Part shown: in pieces, positions 13,001 through 23,313 of the stretch
Position numbering within the stretch: position 1 is the stretch's first letter
Layout: each line of letters opens with the position of its first letter
Notes under the pieces: generated by a model
What the model was told of the DNA's origin: nothing
The model's database searches: none
Seen by the model: only the letters and a program-made list of their open reading frames with translations
Made by a program: the position numbers and the translations under genes
From: Tubiluchus corallicola
Taxonomy: Eukaryota > Animalia > Priapulida
Direction: 5' to 3'
Length of the DNA: 64,000 nucleotides
NCBI GenBank assembly: GCA_030141605.1
Contig: JAQGDQ010000016.1
Location: 684,282 to 748,281, forward strand

Positions 13001-15987
13001 TGATACTTTAAATACTTGAATTGCATCCAGGTTCGGTGATCTAGTGGTTCAACTTGATCTGTTTCAGTGTCTGTTACATGTGTTTACTGTCTGTGACAAA
13101 CTACGTCCAAACAGCTCGGGTTTCTTACTGAACCCAACTGACACACCCAGAACAACATACACATATGGGTATTTTTAAGGAAAAAATGCAGGCCTATGCA
13201 ACTTTATTTGACTCTATACACTTATTTTGCCGGGTTATTTAATACATACCTACTTTTAATAGGACTTTACATGTTACGTGAAATAGCTGAAAGTTTTAGT
13301 CAAATCTGATAATGGTTTTTTTAATTTAAAACACAAAACACATTTTTAACATCATCATTTTTCCATGCAGAAATGTTTCCTTGCAGTGTCCACACTAAAT
13401 TACTGCTTACTGCTTTGTCATGTATTGGATCGGCAGTGCTGGACCTGTATCAACATTAATTTTATAACAAAAAGAACAGGCAAGACATGCACTTGCACTT
13501 ATAAATAGCCAGATCGAGAAATTTACTTCGAAAATGTAAGTAGAAATGCCGACAGTACCCCAACAAAGTCAAATTTAACAAGCGAAACCTACAACATTAA
13601 ATGTTAAAAAAGCAGTTTATAAGACCTGGTGTCAAAAAATCACGTTTATTATATGGAATTCAATAATTAGAATACGATAGACTTAACTACTTCTATAAAT
13701 ATGATCGCATATATTAAATAATATATTCTGTTTAAAAAACTCTTTGACTGAAGCTGTGATCTCTAAGGTAATGTATAATGTACAGATTCAGTTAGAAATA
13801 AGCCAACTTTTTAGGCAATTCAGAATATGCCTGCAAAAGAGTCACTAAAGAATCAGTAACAGCCGATCAATAGGTGAGACATCACTTTTAGTGTTATCAT
13901 TACAGCAGTATTATTTAACTGCAAGCTTATACTATTCCACTCTATACTTTTATTAATATTTCGTCGAATTGACAACCTTGTCGGGTGTAAAATAACGCGC
14001 TAACCCATGTAGCGCACTTGCACTCTCCAAAACAAGTGCGGTTACTTGAGCTGTCGAAGTACCGCACTCAAACTGGGACTGAGTTTCAATATACATGAAA
14101 TTACAATTAGTCTGCAGTCTAGCTTCATTCAGCAGCAAGATATAATAGCGGTGAAGTAAAACAAATCTATAATAAGTCAGACACTGAAGTCATTTTATGC
14201 ATCCTGATGTTATCAGTGGTAATGATGACACCAAAATTGATGTCTCATCTCCTGATCGACTATTACTGATTCTTTAATTACTCTTTTGCAGGCATTTTAT
14301 GAATTGCCTAAAAAGCTGGCTTATTTCAGCTTAAAAAGATTAATCTCAAAATCAAATTTAACATTGCACATCTGACTAGCTCAGAATTAATGATTACACT
14401 GCACTTTATCTTATCGTATATTTCATATTAATTAATTATTTAACGTATATTGACATTTTAGATTATTATTAAATAAACAAGATCAGATGCTGCCTACGGT
14501 ACTTCTCCTTAATACCAGCATCAGTTTGAGCTATATTTGCCCGAGCACCATTGTTGTTATTATTGTTATTGCTCTGTAGTTGCCTCATATAAGCAACCCC
14601 ACTGCCTCATATGAGCATAGTTAGTAATAGGTAATTAGTTTGCTATAGCACCCCTATTTCAATGGTAATCGCTTATTCTATGAATCACCTGCTTGACACA
14701 ACTATTTTGTGATCGCCATTTCCTGTGTCAAAATAGACAGGCATTCTGGGCTATGTGACGTTAAACTAGACATACGTCAGAAGTCGTTAAAATGCTTTTA
14801 CCGTTCATCTAGCCCAGATAAATAGATCGTCAGCAGTTTAATGCTTTGAACCTTCAATGTTTCGTACTTACACCAACGAATGTCATACTAGATGTAGTGC
14901 AATTGATATGTAGGAATGTGGTACATCAGCTGTAAGATGGTGATTGGCGACAATATCTGGTGAGACCATCATAGTGGTAGAAGTTGGCTTCTGAGTTCTT
15001 AGAATCGTTACCTGAGAGGAATCCCATATGAGTCAGCCCTTAGTGAAGCTTGGAGCCTCCAGGATCAAATGTGCGGTACACTGCTGGTAGGTGACAGATA
15101 CCAATTGTCACGAGCTCCTTTTTTGCTACTTCGGGGTGGAAAGGACTTGCTGGGAAGCCTGCCAACCAACCAGACGTCCGCATATTATTTCCCCCATCAT
15201 GTGGCGGCATGCCAGAACACTAGTTTTAATGAGGTAGCTATACATTATATATTTTACCTGTTTGTATGGTATTATGACCTAACTTACAAATGTTAGAATT
15301 GTCATGTCAAAATATATTAAACTTAAGCTTAACTTTTTTGTTCTTTATGTATGAAGATGTAATCGATGCCTGATGACTAAAGGAGTAACATTGTGAGAAC
15401 CCCCGTAGCTACAAGCACTTATATTATCATACTTGGCTGGTAGTCAGATTTCGGACACTTCCTCACCCCAAGAACCGTTTAATTCAGTTCTTAGCCAAAT
15501 TCTGGTACAATACTTGGGCAGCCCATGTACCGCGTGCGCTAGATGATGGTACATGGGCTAGTGTGTTACTTCAAGCCCAACAACCCTATAGGTTTATTCC
15601 ACACTATACTATTATTTTTTGGGTCAACATTATCACCTTAAATTATTGTTCCGCCTATACCATTATTTGAAATGCGAGAATACATATGAATAACCATAGT
15701 TCACAAAAATCAATGTCACAGATTTTCACAAATATTACTGTACTCTGCCAATTACAAAAATGTCTTCTAATAATGAATGATTACATAGTCATCGAATTAG
15801 TTAATAAAACAATCAACAACTTTTTATTTTACCTTTTTTTGCTATTGTCTTGGTTTTTCCTATATGGATGAGTAACCAACTTTGATTTTCTTAGTTGTAT
15901 AGCTTTCAATCGATTTCTTTCCATGCGCGACTTCTGAGCTTCTGTTAGCTTATGACCAGAAAGAGGCTCTGCTACTGTGTCAGCCAT
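9881..15987 (-). CDS. XPA: DNA repair protein XPA (whole gene span, 6 coding exons, 807 nt, 268 aa)
   Basis: join(15833-15987,12868-12980,12418-12523,11173-11335,10142-10259,9881-10032). All introns are GT-AG and phases are consistent. The translation has the N-terminal [11 protein letters not shown] helix, DTGAGF (ERCC1-binding), a C4 zinc finger, the XPA_C domain and a C-terminal CxxC-YEKM. Confidence 0.97.
10142..10259 (-). CDS. XPA: XPA coding exon 5
   Basis: [39 protein letters not shown]. Confidence 0.96.
11173..11335 (-). CDS. XPA: XPA coding exon 4
   Basis: [50 protein letters not shown]. Confidence 0.97.
12292..12404. repeat. ~42-bp tandem repeat, about 2.7 copies, in XPA intron 3
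   Basis: Unit GTTGATAAAAATTTGCCTATGTAATTCTAAGTGACAGAAAA, diverged. Confidence 0.7.
12418..12523 (-). CDS. XPA: XPA coding exon 3 (zinc finger)
   Basis: [25 protein letters not shown], a C4 zinc finger; TTTTAG acceptor, GTCTGT donor. Confidence 0.96.
12868..12980 (-). CDS. XPA: XPA coding exon 2
   Basis: [21 protein letters not shown]...; TTTCAG acceptor, GTATGT donor. Confidence 0.93.
13795..14327. mobile_element. Foldback/MITE with ~109-bp inverted arms in XPA intron 1
   Basis: 13795-13903 is the imperfect reverse complement of 14219-14327 (AAATAAGCCAACTTTTTAGGCAATTCA / TGAATTGCCTAAAAAGCTGGCTTATTT). Confidence 0.8.
15440..15561. mobile_element. Possible Helentron/HINE-type non-autonomous element remnant
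   Basis: Perfect 12-bp inverted repeat AGCCCATGTACC/GGTACATGGGCT (15520-15559); family assignment is inference. Confidence 0.3.
15833..15987 (-). CDS. XPA: XPA coding exon 1
   Basis: [51 protein letters not shown]; donor AG|GTAAAA. Confidence 0.92.
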
Positions 15988-16270
15988 TGTTGCTGTGTGG
16001 ACCAATGTATACAAAAAATGATAATTATACTTAAGAAATTAAATCTCAATCTTTAGACCACTTAGGCTACCTTAAAGGCTTAATGTATGATCCACCTAAT
16101 TTACCCAAACCAATGTTAGTATAGTAACCGTATAACTATGAATAACGTAATAGTAATACCATATACTGGCCATATACTATATAGTATATACGCCATATAC
16201 TGACAAGAAAGATTTCAAAGAGTAAGTGCTCATTATGAATTAATATTTCTGCTTTCATATTTTAAATTAC

Positions 16271-16500
16271 CTTTCTGAATAGTAAATTTAATTAGAATAA
16301 GGCAGGAAATGCAATTTCTGCTACCGAGTACTGTTGCGTGAGTTCGTCTATTCGACGACTTACGGTATTTCTGTCTCTGTCGTATAATTCCCAATGACTC
16401 CACTAGATTCACTTCGTCAATTTACTGCTGTTTGTCACCCTTTTGAATGTTTGCATTTTGTTTTGGCATGGTAGTTATAATTAACGCAACACGGTAAAAC
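16271..16500. promoter_or_regulatory. Candidate bidirectional promoter / non-coding first exons of XPA and EHMT
   Basis: Minus-strand donor AAAG|GTAATT at 16270 and acceptor TTTCTTAAG at 16030 suggest an XPA 5' UTR intron. CpG-richer patch. TATAATTCCCAATGA at 16383-16397 resembles the ZNF143/SBS motif. EHMT coding exon 1 starts at an acceptor, so it needs an upstream exon. Confidence 0.4.
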
Positions 16501-16808
16501 TTTTTCGTGCTTTACAAACGATAGACTAGTGTTACATTCAAACTGATTTTTTTGCTTTACAAACTTTCGACAGTCTGTTGCCCGGTGTGATTTGATTGAT
16601 TTATTTGATTTGGCGTTTATTCACTATTCAGAACTTATAATTCATACTTAAAACAACTGTGTTTCATTGACGTTCGCCACGCGCCATCAGGCGCGGTTCT
16701 GGAAATAAAAGTTAGGAGGGCGATTTGGGTAATCCTCCTACTAAAGAAAAACAACAACAGATTATAATATACACGTATTCTTATAATAAAAAGCAGAATG
16801 ATAGCACA

Positions 16809-16856
16809 TGTTGATAAAAACATGATTTTACTGTTGATAAAAACATGATTTTACTG
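16809..16856. repeat. 23-bp tandem duplication
   Basis: TGTTGATAAAAACATGATTTTAC twice. Confidence 0.85.
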
Positions 16857-17039
16857 ACACTAATTTTTCCACTGACGTTTCTGGCCTGGTCTGGTACAGA
16901 TACCAATTTAGAGTGGTTTAGAGTGACCTCCATCTCACTATTGTGAAACCGAACCAGTGCGCACATCAAAGTAGGCATTTTCAAGGTAACTAAAATGAAC
17001 ATAAAAGAGAAAACTATATCAGAGAAAAATAAATAATTT

Positions 17040-18150
17040 GTTCACATAACAAATGGAATTTTTCGTTTTTTCTTGGCAAATCGGGTAATAATAATTGACA
17101 TTCAAATGAATGTCCCTATGAATGTTCATCTGGGCTGAACCAGTTAGTCACTCTTCTCAGATGGAATTTCTCGACCATTTTTTTAGCCGACAAAGTGTGG
17201 AGAAGGATTGCTAACATGATACACTAGATACATGATGTAACAAAGATTTTCAACAGCCCATTATAATACATGTAAGGATAAAACCGTGGATCAGTTTCCA
17301 ATTCCAACTGCTTCCAATTAAGACAGTTGCGTACACATGATTTTCTTGTTTCCACAAAAGATATTCGCCTTTTAGACGTTTATCTGCAACTGGAACACTT
17401 TCCATCTGGTAAAGTTGAAGAAAACTTTTTCAAGATGTCATACACTTCCTGGTCCAAATTTTAAGTTGGATTTCGCAAAGATGTAAGTTTCATTTTGGAG
17501 ATAGCCAAATCGACCTTCTAGATCAGAAGCAATATTTTCAAAGTGTGGAATGTGGGCTGTCCATCGAAGAATAATCCTGAGTACTATTTGCAGGTATGTT
17601 GTCTCTCTGAGTTTTGCTACCTACAGTTCTCAGTCCTGTGATCTCAATGTTCAGTTTCTCTGCAAGAACTTTTGCATCAGAAAAAACTTTACTGAAACCT
17701 TCATCTGCACCAGATGTTAGAGCTTCCGTGCTTCAGCATGTGAATGCGCATAGGCAACGTCAGCTTTTTTGGACTGAAGCCAAATATTACCTTAACATTC
17801 TTCATGTTCAAACCCAGTTTTATAAGGTACCGAAGTATTGTCATTGCTGCAATTTCTCCAGTTTGTCATTCAGTAAAATTATCATTGAATATGTAGTCAA
17901 AACACGTGAAATCTCCTCAAAGTTTATCATCATATAGATATCGTACAATTATGAGGTGTCTCAATGATTGGAACCAGCCATTGTCTATTTTCTTTAACTT
18001 GTTTCATCCTTGCTGAAGATATTTGGTTAACTGCTTGTTCTTTTCGGTTATTGAGGGTTCTCAAAAAGTCACCAGCAGCACTAGGAGCCGAAGCATTATG
18101 GATACTAAGAGGTTCGATCAACTTTGATATGCGGGGAAATGTGACTTAAA
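17040..18150 (-). mobile_element. Decayed hAT transposase (THAP12/P52rIPK-like), internally deleted
   Basis: Fragments QVKENRQWLVPIIET, TGEIAAMTILRYLIKLGLN, RTVGSKTQRDNIPANSTQDY..IPHFENIASDLEGRF and the C-terminal dimerization motif EE*LTGSAQMNIHRDI; multiple stops and frameshifts. Confidence 0.85.
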
Positions 18151-18445
18151 GTATGCACCACATAAGAGTGTAAAAAGTTGAATGTACACGTGCAGGCATG
18201 AAAGTGTGTGTATTAGAGAGAAACAGAGAAAAATATTGCATGTAGTTTTATCATTGTGCATTGTGTGTAATTAATCTTTTATTTTTGAATTTCTAGTTGC
18301 ACTTATAGATTAACTTGTACCATGCGCATTTGCCCAGAATGGTGTATGTTTTTATTATTTTGAACTAACACTGAATGTCTGTCTTTTTATTATGATGGTC
18401 AATGTTTTAAAAAGGCAAAATAAATAATAATCTTATTTACTACTA

Positions 18446-18810
18446 TTATCAGTAAACGAACTCGAATCGAATTGTTGACTTTCGAACTTGGTCAAACAGA
18501 ATTATCTTTAAGATTTCAAATCCGAATCGAACTCAGCTTTAAAAGTCTTAATATAATTTTTCAATCATTAATAAAAAGCAGGCTTGCAACGAATATCCGT
18601 ATTGCTTGATTTTGTTCTACAGTAAAAACATTAATATTTATTTAAAAATTGTGCACAGAAATCACAACTAAATTCATGTTGTTTCAAATGTTTTAACGAT
18701 AAAGATCATCATGTAGTTGAAGTGGTAAATTAACCGAATTCATAATTTGAGGTTCGAATCGAATTCGAATTAAAAGCTCATTCGAACTCAAATGTTCGAT
18801 GCTCACCTCA
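18446..18810 (-). mobile_element. Truncated copy of the hAT MITE at 31463-31894
   Basis: Reverse-complement similarity along its length, TTCGAA-rich subterminal repeats, one TIR remnant GATGCTCACCTCA. Confidence 0.8.
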
Positions 18811-19869
18811 CCCATCATAGTGAGCTATGTTTCTGTTACCCGAGTTCAATTAATACATCATGTCGGTTCAGTTCATATCTTTGATTCATCACATCAGTTC
18901 TTATTATGTCATACCATATCTTACCAAAATCACAAAACTGATAAGACCCTAACTTATTTTAGTGTAAATAACAACAATTATTAATTACGTTTAGAAAAAA
19001 GAACATGGCCTATGTTTCTCTTCACATATTAGTCAGGTCATTATAAAAAGGAATTGCAATTGGAATAGGAAATGCAGTTATCTGTTGCAGTTAGAGCAAG
19101 TCAAATTTCCCTGTGGTCAGCTGTCACAAAAGTGACTCATGAGTGATATTAAGTTATTAATGTACCCAAATCTTTCTTCTCTAATAATACACTCTTCCCT
19201 TCTTATTCCCTGTTCACAACTATGCAACAACAATGATGAACATGAAAGTAATGCATGTGTAGGAAGTAGTATTAGACTATTAGATCACTATGTCATGATA
19301 AATAAAATTTTTACTACTTATGTTTAAAATTAAAGACTAAGGTTGAAATGAACTAACCATGACAAAAGCCCAATTTGTCATGATCACAGTTAGCCTCGGC
19401 TGGGATCTCCCATATTGTGGTGCTGGGCAAGCAGTGTTAGATTCCACTGTCCCATTGTTTTCTGTACTTTGTCGTTTGGTTTAATTAGTGGTTATTAATA
19501 TTATGAAAAGCAATTTAATTGTTTTTTGTATATAAAGAATTAGAGATGTTTATTTTTTTGCATTTTACGCTGTCGGTCGTAAGAGCAACATTTTGCCGAT
19601 ATCCATGATAATCATAATACATTAGTGATTTACTGTTTGAATGTGTGACGCCGGTGCACGTCGTTAAAGAAAATTACAACTTTGATGCTCGTACTATGTT
19701 AAACTGAAATTCACTTTATTAAAGGTTTTCTTGTTGCTTTCAGGCACCTTTTACAAAAATATTTGTATAATATTCCGTGTATGGTTATACTTGATCAGAT
19801 TTCAGAACCAGAGAGTCAATGTAGAAAAACATAATTATCTCAACACCTCAAGTTTTGAGTGGTGGGCGT

Positions 19870-20600
19870 AGTGGCATCTCACAGGAAGCTCATCTTAGGC
19901 CTGTGACCTTGCAATTTATACTGATATTACATGGAATATTAACCATCATTATAAATATGTAGGCAATCTTTCTATTGTTGCATTTTCTAATTAAGGCCTT
20001 TATAAATAAATTGTTGTGTAATATGGTTGATTCTTTAAAAACTGCAGTAATAATGATGACATGAAAGTCCATGGCATGGATCTCAAAATTGTAATGTATT
20101 AAATTTGATTTTGGACAAGAAAATGAGACAAAATTGCAGGAAATAAAAATAAGTGACATAATTTACTTGACATTGAAAATGAAAGGATTTTAGGAGTGTA
20201 CTTACTTACAAAATGACCTCAAGTGAAGCACACATGCTCTTTATATGATGAGTAATGCTTACAACTCAAAAAATGTTCATGCTTAGAACCTTGAAGAAGT
20301 GTGGCGCTGAACGTATTGACAGGGTTAAAGTTTGCTGTAACTTTATAAGACCTTATCTTGAAATCTGTGCACCAGTTGGCATATGGATAAATTATTCTTG
20401 TTCTACCTTTTGTCGATTTTGTGGGTGCACTGAATGGATTATATATTACAATGATTAATTGAGCACAGAACTGACAATCTTAAATTTCACAAAAAAAAGG
20501 TTTAAGTGTCTGACAAACATTACTGTTTATTGCCTCCAAGTAGTCACCATGTAATGAATGTATGAAATTCAAGAATTATTTCTGTGCAATTTATCATACT
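19870..20600 (+). mobile_element. Decayed LINE (CR1/L2-like) RT and C-terminal fragment
   Basis: GISQEAHLRP (PQG motif remnant), KYVGNLSIV (YxDD remnant), LGVYL..QNDLK*STH, MFMLRTLKKCG..FIRPYLEICAPV. Confidence 0.75.
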
Positions 20601-20914
20601 AATAGAAAGTTTTATTATAGGCCTACATTTACTGCTATATATGAAGCGTCTGTTAAATGGTAAAAATTATTTAATGGCAAGTCAGTAAGTTTATAGTGCT
20701 TTTTTACTTGTACAATATATATAGTTTCTTGTAATATTTTATCGCACACACGGCTGGGAATTTTATAAATTTTTTTTGTACATTCATAAACTTACTTGAT
20801 GCAGTAATATAAAAGTGTATTTTTTCAATTTAAAACGTAAAACACAATAATTATTATAATCGTTGTTTCGGGGAATGCAGGACATGGCCATGTTTTTCCA
20901 CGACTAACTCTAGG

Positions 20915-21479
20915 CCAAGGTTGCCATTTTGTATGATGCTCATTGTATTAGAGGCTAAAAAGTATTGAATTTTCCGCCAAGCCGTTTATACCATAATTAT
21001 CAGAACATGCACGTCCATAATACAACAAAGAGACTATATAATAATCTATAATTAATGATAATTTAGTAATGCGGAACTAAAAAACAAAGCGTGAAAAATT
21101 GTGCATTGAAAAAACTTAAAACCTTACTGCTAATCAGTGGGAAATAAACAAACTTTGATTTCAACTGATTTTAAATATTTCACAATTCAACTTTAAATAT
21201 TCACAAACCTTTAAAAATAATTTTTTTTTAAATTTAAGACAGAAACAATATAACTATATAACTTTCGCTCGCCACTTCTTCACCTATATATTGAAAACAT
21301 TCGCATCATATATAACCTATGATAATTAGACCTTCCTCTTTATATTTATCGTTGTACTAATTTCGTGTATTACTAGTTGATAAATAGATTAATTATAAAA
21401 ACTTATTCTAAAATAATACTTTTTATTTTAATATATTCTTTATTTTTTGGGCACTTTATTATCGAGTGGCAACTTTTGG
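20915..21479. mobile_element. MITE-like element with short TIRs
   Basis: CCAAGGTTGCCA ... TGGCAACTTTTGG enclosing an AT-rich interior. Confidence 0.4.
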
Positions 21480-21654
21480 TAACTAGTCGTTAACTATCTG
21501 AAGTGTTTCTTGAACATTCTGTTATAATTTATACATGTACTATGATTGTATGTCTTTCAGCTTGGTTACTGGTTAATAATTGTGTCAAAATAAGAAATGT
21601 TGGGTCAATGATTGAACAGCATGTTTTTCCCTGTAGGTATTGAAATGAGTAACC

Positions 21655-23313
21655 ATGGAGAAGAAAGATAAACAAGATTCTCTTGCAAAGAATTACAATC
21701 AAAGAAACATATTTAATGCATTGACAACTGATGCTGAAGATGAAGAAATGAACAGTACTGGACATGATAGTCAGCATAATTCTGTGCTTGTGCAAGACTC
21801 TGATGAAGAGATATCCTTTTTGTTGCCTCCTAATGTTGATTCTATAGATTGGGATGAACTGGAAGCAGAAGCCGAACAAAATGAAGCTGAACTAATGGAA
21901 ATTGAAGAAGACTTTAGCAAGAAAGATACTACTGAATTGGAATCACTAGAAGTTGGTGAAGATGAAGAAGTGATGGTGAGTGATGATGATTCAATTGATT
22001 TGGAATCTATCAGTGAGGACAATTCTTACAAAATGGATGAGACGCTACTAGAGAGATGTGAGTCACCTATAGATAAATCTCTGACAGAGAATAAAGAAAC
22101 AGATGTAGAAATTTTGGAAGCTGGAGAACACATTGAAATTAGTGACGATGATTCAATTGATAATGGGAGACGTTCTGATAAAATAGACAAAAAGTTACTA
22201 AATGATCTTAAGTCACCTGTATGTGAAACTGCAATGGATAAAAAAGGAGATATAGAAATTTTAGTTAGCGGTGAAGAAATTGAAATTAGTGATGATGACT
22301 CTGTTGGCTTTGAATCCGAAAACGTAAAAAATTATGACAAACTAGATGACAAGTTACCGGCGGCATGCGGGTCACAGATGAATGAACCGGCTATTTTGGA
22401 ATCTGGGAAAAGAATGGAAATCAATAAAGGTGCCTCTATAAGACATGAATTTGAATGTGCACAGAATACTGGTGGATTGAATAACGAGCTTGATGAAATA
22501 TCAGAATCACCACCAGTGTGTAAACTTGTGAATGAAAAAGTAGAAATTGATGCCAGCAATTTTAAAGAACAAGCAAACATGGTTTCTGCTACTGTACTGC
22601 CCCGTTCTGAACATGCTCAGAATAACATTACTGCTGATGAGTTAAGAGACACAGTTGCTGCAAAAGTGAATGAACTAATAGAAGTCGTACATGAAGAAGG
22701 CAAAAATAATGTACAAATTGAAAAAGAAAACATTTCCTCGGGAGATCAGCAAATTCTACCGAAACCATTAAAAAAGCCACAGAAAGCAAGGAAAAGCTTT
22801 CCACATTCCGGCTTGAAAACGACATTGGAAAATATTCAACGAGAAAAATTCAAGTATCAGACATTTACAGCATTAAAGGACATTGATCTGGTACAGGGTG
22901 GTAATGAAATTCAGAAGTCGTATCATTCAAAGTTACATCTCAAAGAACTGGAAAACATTGTTGATTTATCACTAGATATTGAACATTTTAAGACAATTGG
23001 GCTCAAGGGCTTCAATTCTGGACAAATGCAAGAGAAGGTTGTACAGAATCCACCACCATCCTCTTCATTTGGTGCCCACATAAAGAAGAAAAAAGTACGG
23101 TTTGGCACTTATTCGTTAGAATCAAGACTTCGTCGCAAAAGATTGCAGAAAAAGCTTCGCAGGTCTGCTCAGCAAATGGAAGCATCTGGTGGAAATATTA
23201 CCAGCATCAACAATCTAGCTGAGGCTGATATAGATACAAGTGAAGCATTAGAAGAAAAGCATGAAGTGGATACTGAAAGTTCAATTAACGAATGTGAAGC
23301 CATAGTAGAAGAG
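21655..23313 (+). CDS. EHMT1: EHMT coding exon 1 (large acidic N-terminal exon)
   Basis: 553 open codons; acceptor TTTTCCCTGTAG ends 21636; in-frame TGA upstream of accATGG; donor GAG|GTAATC; contains ARKS. Confidence 0.88.
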
